Positions 1 to 9,100 of a stretch of 64,000 nucleotides of DNA are shown here, in pieces (position 1 is the first letter of the stretch; the number at the start of each line of letters is the position of its first letter). The notes under the pieces were generated by a model. The model did not search any database and had not been told where the DNA came from. It saw only the letters and a list, made by a program, of their open reading frames with translations. This DNA is from an uncultured Acidobacteriota bacterium (lineage in GTDB: Bacteria > Acidobacteriota > Thermoanaerobaculia > Multivoradales > UBA5704). The stretch covers positions 3,200,001 to 3,264,000 of the forward strand of contig OY969474.1 in the NCBI GenBank assembly GCA_963700145.1, in the 5' to 3' direction. Both the position numbers and the translations under genes were made by a program.

Positions 1-573
1 ACCTTCAACGCCCTGAACCTGCTGGACTTCTTCGGCACGTCCAAGCGCGAGCGCAGCGACAACTTCCTGCCCTTCTTCTACGAGTACACGGCCGGGACCG
101 ACGAGCTCCTCGGCCGCTGCGGGTCGGGATGCCCCGGACAGTGTCCCGGCTGCAATCAAGCGATCTTCGGCTGGCACTTCGGCGGCATCGACGAGTACAC
201 CGAGCTGTACTGGCCCTTCTTCTATGGCCAGAACGTGTTTCAGCGGGCCGGCTGGATCGTGCACGAATCGCGTCACGACGACGTGGGCCACGACGGCGGG
301 ACCACTTGCGGCAACGGCGGCTCGTGCGACACCACTTGGGGACACAACGGCGCGAACCGCTACCAGATCCTCTACCTCTGGTGGCTGAGCGCCTGCGCCG
401 ACGGCGAGCTGCTCGCGACGACCGGCTTGCGCGCCCAGGTCGTCGCCTACGGCAACGGCCTGTGGAACATGTTCAACACCCGCCCCACCCGCGCCGTCGT
501 CTTCGGCCCCAACGTCACCAACCCCGGGGCGCCCGCGGTCATCCCGCCGGCGTCGGCGTGCCCGGCGCTGTAG
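1..573 (+). CDS. 5'-truncated Cys-rich putative zinc metallopeptidase-like protein (HEXXH)
   Basis: Frame 1 is open from base 1 to TAG at 571-573 with high-GC codon usage; contains RAGWIVHESRH (HEXXH) and several Cys pairs. Confidence 0.55.
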   Translation, partial: TFNALNLLDFFGTSKRERSDNFLPFFYEYTAGTDELLGRCGSGCPGQCPGCNQAIFGWHFGGIDEYTELYWPFFYGQNVFQRAGWIVHESRHDDVGHDGGTTCGNGGSCDTTWGHNGANRYQILYLWWLSACADGELLATTGLRAQVVAYGNGLWNMFNTRPTRAVVFGPNVTNPGAPAVIPPASACPAL

Positions 574-626
574 CACTGGCCCCGACCGAATCGCCGAATC
601 TGCGATCTGCGCTACACTCCGTCCAG

Positions 627-1124
627 ATGGCCGAGTACGAGGAATGGCTGGAGCGGTGGATCGCCGAGGACGGCGAGCGGGTCCTCGAGCTGCTGCGCAA
701 GGTGGTCGTCACCTGCGGCCTGACGCGCAAGGACCTCGACCAGCGCCTCGGCCGCGGGGCCGGGTACACGAGCGCCGTGCTGACCCGCCGCATCGAGCTC
801 AAGCAGGAGCACGTCGCGGCGATCCTCCTCGGGCTCGGCGTGCACCCCGGCCTCTTCTACGACGTCCTCTACCCGAAGGACCGCCCCGTCGGGCCGGTCG
901 AGGCCACGGATGACATCGCGCGGCGCGTGGCGCTCGCCGGCGCCTCCCTGCCCGACGCCGCGCCCCCGCCGGTCCCCGCGGCGGCGGCCATGACTCCCGC
1001 CGAGATCAAGGCCCTGGTCGACGACGCCGTCCAGCGCGCCCTCGCCGCGGCGGAGGCGGCCAAGGCGCACAAGGCCCCGCCGCGCAAACGCAAGCGCGCG
1101 ACCGCGGCACCGCGCCGCGGCTAG
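627..1124 (+). CDS. XRE-like HTH DNA-binding protein
   Basis: ATG 627; GLTRKDLDQRLGRGAGYTSAVLTRRIELKQEHVAAIL is an XRE/Cro-like HTH; basic C-terminal tail. Confidence 0.7.
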   Translation: MAEYEEWLERWIAEDGERVLELLRKVVVTCGLTRKDLDQRLGRGAGYTSAVLTRRIELKQEHVAAILLGLGVHPGLFYDVLYPKDRPVGPVEATDDIARRVALAGASLPDAAPPPVPAAAAMTPAEIKALVDDAVQRALAAAEAAKAHKAPPRKRKRATAAPRRG

Positions 1125-1130
1125 CTCCTC

Positions 1131-2438
1131 TTAACGCTCGATCTTCTGCAGGTCGGCCGCCGCGCTCTGGAGGATGGCGACGGTGAGGCGGTCCTCGCGG
1201 ACCGCGTGGCTGAGGAGGAGGACGGCCATGATGGCTTCGCGCTCGATGCGCAGGACGCCGAAGGTTGCGACGGTTTCGCTGACGAGAGCGCGCGCCTCGG
1301 CGGTGCGGCCGCGCTCGAGCCAGAGAGCGGCCAAGTCGAGGGCGACGACGCCGGCGGTGTAGGGGAGCTTGCGGGCGAGGAAGACGTCGCGCGCCCGCTG
1401 GAAGCAGCGCTCGGCGCGGCCGAGCTGGCCGAAGCCGGCGGCGATGCGGCCGTCGAGCCAGACGAGCTTCGCCTGGTTCAGCGGCTCGGGATGGTCGCCG
1501 AACAGCTTGCGGCTCTGCACCGCGAGATCGCGGGCCTCCTCGAGCTGGCCGCAGTCCGCCGAGGTCCACGCCAGGTTGTGCAGGCAGGCCGCGATGGCCT
1601 TCGGCTCGCGCTCGGGATCGAGACGGGGGAGGGCGGCGAGGAAATGGTCTACGGCCGCCTGCGAAGCGGGCTCGTACATGGCCGCGAGGCCCATGTGCAT
1701 GAGGGCCACGCCGGCCTCGTGTCTCCGGTTCTCTCTCTCGTAAAGGCGCAACGCCCAGCCGAGGACCCGCCGGGCGTCCTCAAACCGGCGCTCGTACCTA
1801 TAGACAATCCCTAGGCCCTCCAGAATCTCCGCTAGGACAAGCGGGTCTCCCGTCCCGGCAGCGGAGCGCTCCAGCGCGGCGAGGAGGTCGGCTTCGGCCG
1901 TCTGAAGGTCGTCCCGGACGCGGCGCGCGTTGCCGAGCGCCACCCACGCGCGGGCCTGGAGGTCGGCCAGGGCGCGCGGGCCGCGGAGGGCCGGGTCGAT
2001 CGTCTCGGCGGCGGCCACCGCGATGACGGCGAGCCAGAGCATCTGCTCCGGGTCGTCGTGCCGCATCTTCCAGCTCTCCTCGAGCAGCGTCTCGCAGTGC
2101 CGCCACGCCCGTTTCCCTCCGGGCGGGAGCGGCGGGAGCATCGCGGCGTAGAGCTCGCGCGCCGGCGCCGGGATGGCCGCAGGGGCAGGGCGTCGCCGCG
2201 TGGCCTCGCGGTGGACCGCGCGGAAGGCCTTGCGGATCGGAAACTCGTACTCGCTGCCGTCCGAAAAGGGGCGTGGGGGAAAGAGTGCCGCGGCGAGCGG
2301 GGTGGCGCACTCGGCGCAGCCGCGGACCAGGTGCGCGACGACGGCTCGGACCGAGGCGCGATCGAGCGTGCCGAGCAGGAACCGGCGCAGATCCTCGCGC
2401 GACGGGTGGGCTGCGGCCTGCCGGTCTCCCTCGGACAT
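1131..2438 (-). CDS. TPR protein with N-terminal zf-HC2/ZAS-like motif
   Basis: HLVRGCAEC Zn-ligand pattern followed by multiple TPR-like repeats (ARAWVALGNARR, LAEILEGLGIVYR, ACLHNLAW). Confidence 0.8.
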   Translation of the reverse strand: MSEGDRQAAAHPSREDLRRFLLGTLDRASVRAVVAHLVRGCAECATPLAAALFPPRPFSDGSEYEFPIRKAFRAVHREATRRRPAPAAIPAPARELYAAMLPPLPPGGKRAWRHCETLLEESWKMRHDDPEQMLWLAVIAVAAAETIDPALRGPRALADLQARAWVALGNARRVRDDLQTAEADLLAALERSAAGTGDPLVLAEILEGLGIVYRYERRFEDARRVLGWALRLYERENRRHEAGVALMHMGLAAMYEPASQAAVDHFLAALPRLDPEREPKAIAACLHNLAWTSADCGQLEEARDLAVQSRKLFGDHPEPLNQAKLVWLDGRIAAGFGQLGRAERCFQRARDVFLARKLPYTAGVVALDLAALWLERGRTAEARALVSETVATFGVLRIEREAIMAVLLLSHAVREDRLTVAILQSAAADLQKIER

Positions 2439-2527
2439 CTCCCCTCCGTCAGTTACGCAAGTGGATTCATTCTCTCATAGGGAGAGCATCCGGAGGCGGT
2501 GGTGCCGCCTCCGGCTATCGACGCACG

Positions 2528-2749
2528 CTACCCCCAGGGGTCGATCCCGCCCCCATCGTCTGCCCAAGTTGCCGTGATGCCCTTCCAGGCATCCGCCACC
2601 CGGCTCCACACGCTCTCGATCCAGCTCTCGTGACGCAGCGCGGCGGCCGGGCCGCGGGTTGCGGCCGCCGCGTGAAGTGGTGCCGCCAAGTGCATTACCG
2701 CCGCCACCGCGAGGGCAGCGGCGAGGCGCGAAGCTCTCTTTCCGTTCAT
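2528..2749 (-). CDS. Small secreted peptide precursor (signal peptide; C-terminus DDGGGIDPWG)
   Basis: GGAGG upstream; basic N-region, hydrophobic H-region and AxA-like cleavage site; Trp-rich amphipathic segment. Confidence 0.65.
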   Translation of the reverse strand: MNGKRASRLAAALAVAAVMHLAAPLHAAAATRGPAAALRHESWIESVWSRVADAWKGITATWADDGGGIDPWG

Positions 2750-3018
2750 CTCCCATTCCTCCGATCCGGGAGGCGGCGGAGAGCCCTATTGCCCCCGCGC
2801 CCCGCCGGGGCAACGCGGGTCGGTCGCGTTGCCCCGAGTCTCGCACCAACTTGCGTAAAACGCCTTTCTTCCAACCCTCCCGCGGGCCCCTGATCGTGGC
2901 CCGTTCCGGCAACAAAGCTAGATCAGGTGACAACAAATCCTCCCGAACCTGCGCAACGTTCCCCGTTCGGCGCGTCCGGGTAGGCGTTTCACGCAGGAAA
3001 AGGAGAAAAACACCAGGC

Positions 3019-3047
3019 TTGACGCTTCGTGGACTCGGTCGTAGAGT
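3019..3047 (+). promoter_or_regulatory. Sigma70-type promoter
   Basis: TTGACG (3019-3024), 17 bp spacer, TAGAGT (3042-3047). Confidence 0.55.
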
Positions 3048-3092
3048 TTGCGATCAGTGCAGAATCACCAACGATCAGAGCGCTTCCCTGCG

Positions 3093-3479
3093 GTGCCGCC
3101 GCTCGCCCCCTCCGGCCCCGAGAAGAAGCTCCTCAAGGCGCTCGGCCGGCGCCTCGCGCACGTCCGCGGCGAGCGGGGGTTCTCGCAGAAGGCGCTCGCC
3201 CGCGAGCTCGGCATCGCCGAGGAGCTGATCAGCAAGTACGAGCGCGGCCGTCACGCCCCGAGGATCGGCACCCTCCTCCGGCTCCGCACCCTCCTCTCCG
3301 TCAGCCTCGACTACCTCCTCGCCGGCGCGTCCCTGAACGGCATCACCGATACCCGCCTCCTCCAGTGGGCGCGGGCGGCCAACCAGCTCTCCCCCGGCCA
3401 CCGGGACCACGTCGCCTTGCAGCTCGAGAGCATGGTGCGGGCCGCCCAAGCGCTGGAGGAGCGCATGGAGGAGGACTGA
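3093..3479 (+). CDS. XRE family transcriptional regulator
   Basis: LGRRLAHVRGERGFSQKALARELGIAEELISKYERGRHAP is a classic HTH_3; GTG 3093 chosen because it lies downstream of the promoter. Confidence 0.85.
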   Translation: MPPLAPSGPEKKLLKALGRRLAHVRGERGFSQKALARELGIAEELISKYERGRHAPRIGTLLRLRTLLSVSLDYLLAGASLNGITDTRLLQWARAANQLSPGHRDHVALQLESMVRAAQALEERMEED

Positions 3480-3482
3480 GCA

Positions 3483-3800
3483 ATGCGGCAGCCGAAGGCC
3501 CTGAGCGCGCGGACGTTGCGGAAGTACTTGGTCGCCTTGCCGGACTGGCAGGCCGTCGGCGGCAATCGTGAGCTCGTCTGCCGCCTCCGGCCGCCCGACC
3601 TGCCCTCCGCCACCCTGGCCGCCGCCACCGCCCTGCTCCTGGCCAAGGTTTGCGGCGGGCACGCAGAGGTCGAAAGCTGCGGCGTCGAGCTCGTCGTGCG
3701 CTTCACGACCCCCGAGGCCGGCGGCGTCACCCGCAACGACCTGCGGCTCGCCGCGCTGTTCTCAAAAAACCAGGGCAGCGTGCGGATCTGGAAGGACTGA
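3483..3800 (+). CDS. Divergent pterin-4a-carbinolamine dehydratase (PCD/DCoH)-fold protein
   Basis: LVALPDWQ...LVVRFTTPEAGGVTRNDLRLA resembles PCD; the catalytic HHP motif is not intact. Confidence 0.55.
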   Translation: MRQPKALSARTLRKYLVALPDWQAVGGNRELVCRLRPPDLPSATLAAATALLLAKVCGGHAEVESCGVELVVRFTTPEAGGVTRNDLRLAALFSKNQGSVRIWKD

Positions 3801-3856
3801 GACGCGATCTTCCGGCCCGGACATCCCGTCCGGCGCCGGTTCACAGGAGAGATGAC

Positions 3857-4072
3857 ATGGCCAAGCCCAGGAAACAGTCCCCCACCCCCGTCACCGAGCA
3901 CCTGAAGGCCGAGCGCATCCAGGTGCTCCTCGCCGGCCTGCCGGAATGGCGCGTCAGCGGCGTCCAGATCGCCGCCGGCGTCGTCACCCTCACCCTCACC
4001 ACCGCCAAGACCGCCCGCGGCCTGACCCCGGAGGAGCTGGAGCTCGCGGCGGAGCTGGAGAAGGTGGCGTAG
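3857..4072 (+). CDS. Short PCD-like protein (internally reduced)
   Basis: AGGAG RBS; LKAERIQVLLAGLPEW...VTLTLTT..RGLTPEELELAAELE matches the PCD N- and C-terminal segments. Confidence 0.5.
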   Translation: MAKPRKQSPTPVTEHLKAERIQVLLAGLPEWRVSGVQIAAGVVTLTLTTAKTARGLTPEELELAAELEKVA

Positions 4073-4111
4073 GGAGGATTCCGGTGCGGAAAGCGCTCCG
4101 AGGCGGTCGGC

Positions 4112-4321
4112 GAGATTCATCTTCCCGGGCCCAAGATCTATCTCGACGTGCCGGAGATCTATTTCCCGGCCCGCGAGATCTATCTCGGCGCCCCGGAGAT
4201 GAATCTTCCAGCCGCCGAGATCTATCTCGGAGCGCCCGAAATGAATCTCCTATAGCTCGAGATCTATCTCCGGGCCGCCGAGATCTATCTCCCGGTCCTC
4301 GAGATCTATCTCCGGCGACCA
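4112..4321. repeat. Tandem array of 10 x 21 bp: 12-bp near-palindromic core GAGATCTATCTC + 9-bp variable spacer
   Basis: Cores start at 4112, 4133, 4154, 4175, 4196, 4217, 4238, 4259, 4280 and 4301 (exact 21-bp period); all spacers differ. Confidence 0.95.
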
Positions 4322-4347
4322 AAAACCCTCAATCGAAGGAGCCGATC

Positions 4348-4731
4348 ATGCCAACGAACCTCAGCTCTACCGCCGATAAGTTCAAGACCTGGAACACCTT
4401 AGTCGAAGGGATGAAGCCTCGCCAAGAGGAGCTCGCCCACCTCAAGGAGGACCACGCGGAGCTCGGCGGCATCGTCCAGGAGATCGAAGCGCTCGTCACC
4501 CAGACTGACCAGCACGAGGCCCGCTTCCGGGAAGCCACCCAGAAGCGGCTCGACGCCGAGATCCGCGGCGCCGAGCTGTACGGCCGCCTCGTCGCCGCCC
4601 TCCGGGGCAAGTACGGCAAGCGCGCCCTCTTGCTCCACGAGTTCGGCATCCAACCCAACGCCCTGCCGGGCCCGCCGAAGAAGGATGAGGTCCCGGCCCC
4701 TGCTCCGGAGCCGACCTCCGGCGGAGCCTGA
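4348..4731 (+). CDS. Hypothetical alpha-helical/coiled-coil protein
   Basis: AAGGAG RBS at 4336; 127 aa; ends YGKRALLLHEFGIQP plus a Pro-rich tail. Confidence 0.8.
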   Translation: MPTNLSSTADKFKTWNTLVEGMKPRQEELAHLKEDHAELGGIVQEIEALVTQTDQHEARFREATQKRLDAEIRGAELYGRLVAALRGKYGKRALLLHEFGIQPNALPGPPKKDEVPAPAPEPTSGGA

Positions 4732-4747
4732 TCGCGGAGCCACAACG

Positions 4748-4780
4748 GCCGCCGGCGGAGATCTGACCTCCGCCGGCGGC
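4748..4780. terminator. 13-bp perfect hairpin (terminator or RNA-stability element)
   Basis: GCCGCCGGCGGAG-ATCTGAC-CTCCGCCGGCGGC just after the stop codon; no U-tract. Confidence 0.5.
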
Positions 4781-4827
4781 GCACCGCTCTCCCACAACGC
4801 GGCGCGTCGAACGAGAGGACCTTCCGG

Positions 4828-5568
4828 ATGAACCGCACCAACTCCGCCTTCCGCCTCCACCGCATTCTCCTCGCCCTGCGCGGCGCGGCCCGCGACGGCC
4901 GCCCCATCCGCGACATCTTGGGAGAAGTCTTCGAGCTCGACCCCGCCGACGACCTCGCCCTCCGCCGCCGGCTCCTCGCCGTCGACGACCTCTTCGCCCA
5001 GTCCGAGGCCGCGATCCGGTCGATCCCCGGCCTCGACCCGCCGCCCTACCTCCGCTACTTCCCCGCGGCGCGCAAGGGCCTCCTCGCGGCGCGCCTCGAC
5101 CAGGACTCCCGCCGCTACGCCCCGTTCCAGGAAGGGCTCAGCGACATCGTGCTCCAGTCCGTCGAGTTCTGCGGCGTGCGCATCGCCGAGGAGCTCCCCG
5201 AGTGGATGATCCCCACCGACGACCTGGCCGAGCTCGAGGCCCGCCTCAACGCCCTGTTCGCCTACACCGCCCGCGCCGAGCTCGACCCCGCGCTCCGCGC
5301 CGTCGCCCTCGACATCCTCCAGGCCGTCCGCACCGCCGTCGCCGACTACCGCATCCACGGCGCCCGCGGCCTGCAGGAAGCCGTCGAGAGCGCCGTCGGC
5401 AAGCTCACCGTCCACTACCTCCGCGCCCAAAAGCACGGCACCCCGCTCAACCTCGACTACCTCGAACGCCTCTTCGACCTCATCATCAAGGCCGAGGCCC
5501 TGCTCGCCAAGGCCCACGTCTACCTCCCGGCCCTGACCGAGTACCTCCCCAAGCTCCTCGGAGCCTGA
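4828..5568 (+). CDS. Hypothetical protein
   Basis: GAGG RBS, 246 aa, strong GC3 bias; no motif recognised. Confidence 0.75.
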   Translation: MNRTNSAFRLHRILLALRGAARDGRPIRDILGEVFELDPADDLALRRRLLAVDDLFAQSEAAIRSIPGLDPPPYLRYFPAARKGLLAARLDQDSRRYAPFQEGLSDIVLQSVEFCGVRIAEELPEWMIPTDDLAELEARLNALFAYTARAELDPALRAVALDILQAVRTAVADYRIHGARGLQEAVESAVGKLTVHYLRAQKHGTPLNLDYLERLFDLIIKAEALLAKAHVYLPALTEYLPKLLGA

Positions 5569-5572
5569 CGCG

Positions 5573-6156
5573 ATGGCCGACCTGCGCTGGCTCCGTGAGC
5601 ACCGCACCCTGATCGGCGTCCTCCACACCACCGAAGGCGACACCGTCGAAGCCGCCTGGCGCACGCTAGGGCAGCAGAATGCGGCGCCGCACTTCATCGC
5701 CGGCGAGCACACGATCGTCCAGTGCCGCCCCCTCAACGTCGAGGCCTCCACCCTCCGCCCCCGGCAAGAACAACACCGCCAACGTCCAAGCCCAGGTTCA
5801 GATCGTGGCGCGGAGCAAGCAGACGCTGTGGCTGCCGAAGGCGGCGACGCTCGATCCAACGGTCGCGATCCTGGCCTTCTGCGCGAAAGGCGCTCGGGAT
5901 TCCTCTGAGAGTCCCAAACGGCTGGCCCGACGACTGCTCGGGCATGCCACTGCCGTGGGCCGCGAACAACCAGCGCCGGAGACAGGCCGTCAAGGACCTG
6001 TGGCCCAAGGAGAAGGGCTGGTGGATGTGCCTGGAGGTGCCCTACCAGGGGCCGATGTGGCATTGGGACTGCGGGACGCTGCGGAGGAGCAGAATGCTTG
6101 CGATGGCGAGCCTGGACCAGATCGCCTTCGAGCGGCGGATAGAATCGTCTGAATAG
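5573..6156 (+). pseudogene. Frameshifted Amidase_2-like (N-acetylmuramoyl-L-alanine amidase) gene
   Basis: VLHTTEG...APHF in one frame, a middle segment in a second frame and EVP...HWDCG in a third; apparent +1 shifts in short homopolymers near 5760 and 5887. Confidence 0.55.
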
Positions 6157-6184
6157 GTTCAACCTGTGCCGATGCCGAGGGCCA

Positions 6185-9100
6185 TTGGAGTGCTACCGGA
6201 TGCAGTATTCGCTGTTTGATGGAAGCGGGGAGGGCTTGCTCTTCGGGCACGTCGTGCTCAGGCGTTATCTCGATGATCATCGAGTGACTGCCATACCAGG
6301 TCTAGACGCGACCGGAGCGATCATCCGTGACTGGATCAAGGCGGTCCGAGGAACGTCGGTCAGCAAGGAAACCAGCCTCGAACAGAAGTTTGGGCACGAC
6401 ATCCTCGGGGGGGCGCTGGGGTACCGCCTCTGGCCGCCGAGCCCAGGCGCAACCGCCACGGCTTGGCCAAAACCGCCCTCTTCGGAAACAGAGATTTCTG
6501 GAGAGCCGGACTTTGCCCTCGGCGCTTTTGACTCAGATCAGCGTGCATTCGCCGCGATCCTTGAATTGAAGTCTCCCGGTACCGACCTTGATGCACCGCA
6601 ATCACGCTCTGACCACCGCACTCCTGTGGAGCAGGCCTTTCACTACGCGCACCAGCTTCTTGGTGTCCAATGGGTCCTAGTTTCCGACATGATTCAGATA
6701 CGACTTTATTCCGTCGAATCCGCGCGCGAGTTCGAGCGGTTCGCTCTCGACTTCGATGGTCAGCTATCGCAAAGCACCACGATCGACAAGCTCCGGCGCC
6801 TCGTCTTATTGCTTCATCATGATTATCTGATTAGCGGTGGTAACGACTCTCCGGTGGCACGCTTACACCGCAAGTCGGCATCACGGCAGCTGCAGATCAG
6901 GCAGGGCTTCTACAGGGTCTATTTCGAGATCCGGCGCGATCTTTTCCATAGCATTCGGGAAGCAGTGTCTCAGGGCGGAGTCGAAGTAACTCGCAATGAG
7001 CTGCTCGAGGCCACACAGCGCCTTCTCGATCGACTTATGTTCATCTACTACTGCGAAGATCACCCCCAGAAGCTACTCCCTGATGGGCTGATTGAACGTA
7101 TTACTGCGGCTGCACGCCAACTTCCTGGCCGGAGCGATAGGAGGGTTTTCGACCAACTAAAAGAACTGTTCCATGAGATTGATAGCGGCAGTCCTTACGC
7201 GAGCGGTGCCCAGGTACCAGGCTACAACGGTGAACTCTTTAAGAGACATCCGGTCATAGATTCTATCTCTCTCCCTGACGCGCTGCACGATCGCGTCTAT
7301 GACGCCGTAGACCCCGATGGGAGGGTTCGGCAGGTGCGGGGAGCATGGGGCCTGCACGTTTACGACTTCTGGTCGGAGCTGAACGAACACCTTCTCGGCC
7401 ATATTTTTCAGGAGTCACTGTCGGATCTGGTGAGCCTGGCTGCCGGCCATGACGTCTCACTTGCGGACAAGCTGCATGAGCGGAAGCGGAAAGGAATCTA
7501 CTACACCGATCGGCTTCTTTCCGACTTTGCGTCTTCGAGCGCAATCAAGGCACTTTTGGGAGAGTTCCCCACTATTGCACCAGAGGCTAGTTCTCTGGAG
7601 CTGGTCGACCACCTCGAAGGTCGACTCCAACAAATCGCGACCCTCCGAATCATCGATTTCGCTTGTGGTTCTGGCGCATTTCTGGTGTCTGCCTATCACG
7701 AACTGCTAAATGAGACCTGGCGCAACCGCGATCTGTTGGAGGTATTGCGAGCGCAGTCCAATAGGGGTCAACTCCCTTTGCAGCCCGCAGATATCGGATT
7801 GACTCAGGCGCGCGTGCTGCGGGAGTGCCTATTTGGAGTCGATCTTCTTCCACAGGCCGTCGAAATCGCGAAACTCGCCCTCTGGTTACGCTCGGCGCGG
7901 AAGGGCGAGAAGGTTGCCGACCTCGGCTCTAATCTGATCGCGGCCGACAGCCTCGATGTTGATACCCTCTCTAGACTCATCGGCGAGAATCGGGGCAGCT
8001 TTGATCTGGTCATTGGTAATCCCCCGTGGGGAGGAGAGGTCGATTCCAGCTCTCACAGCCGTATAGCCTCATGGCTCGGCATAGACACAGATTACGATTG
8101 GGACTCCTGGGAACTATTCGTCTTGGTAGGCATGCGCGCTCTGCGCGAGGGCGGCCGGCTGGCGTTACTTGTGCCGGACAGCTTTCTTTACCCAGAGAAG
8201 CAGAGGCTGCGCCAAATCCTCCTTGAGTCGGCAACTGTCGAAAAGGTCTACAGCCTTGGGCCCGATTGGTTTGGAAGCTCGGTGCGAATGTCCACGGTCT
8301 TCCTACAAGTACGGAACGGCAAACAGATGGCCCATTCGATCCGAGGCCTTCTGCTTGCAGGCCCTCTTCGTCTCAAGGCCATCAAGGGTGAGGTACCCCT
8401 CCAGCAAATCGAGGCCCGCCTAAGCCGAGACTTGCCTTACGAGCGCAGTCTCAGTCCAGGGTACCCCATCGAAGTATTCCGGGGTGGCCGCGATGACAAA
8501 CTCCTTGCCCAAATGGAAGACGGGGGGATTCCATTGCGGGAGCTATGCGACCACTTTCGTGGCGAGGAGATGAGTAAATTCGGCCTCGTGTGGGTTTGCC
8601 CTGGGTGCCTGTCACCGAACACCCCCGGCGAAAAGAGCAAGGGCGGTGGATTTGACTCAAAGACCTGTTCCTTCTGCGACTTGTCGCTCTCGCCTGACAC
8701 CGTTCAAGCTCTTCGCCTTGTTAGAGAGTCGCGAGAAGGCCCAAGCTACGATCCATTCATAGATGGCGACGACATAACGCATCGATATCAAAGGGTCGAG
8801 AATTCTAAGTGGCTTTGGCTTGGGCTAGAAGGCTGGAAGTACAAAAAGGCGGCCATATATGCGGCACCCAAGATACTGATCCGTCAAGCAGGTATCGGCG
8901 TACTTGCAACATACGACGAGAGCGGTGCGCGGTGCCCGCAGTCAGTCTATGTATATCGCCTCAAGGAGCGTTGGGCCAAGGTTGGCTATCGCCATGAATT
9001 TGTGCTTGGTGCACTCCTGTCGCGAACCATGGCCTATTACATCTTCAAGCGATTTGGAGAGGTTGACCCCGCAAAGGCACATGCGAAGCTCACGCACGAA

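Noticed and set aside
4112-4321. CRISPR array
   Set aside because: The 12-bp repeat and 9-bp spacer are far below CRISPR sizes, and there are no cas genes in the window
3946-4347. N-terminal RDLS-repeat extension of the 4348 gene
   Set aside because: Its start overlaps the upstream gene out of frame; a strong RBS precedes ATG 4348; conservation is palindromic at DNA level (not fully excluded)
5573-6156. Prophage
   Set aside because: Only a lone broken amidase; no structural, terminase or integrase genes
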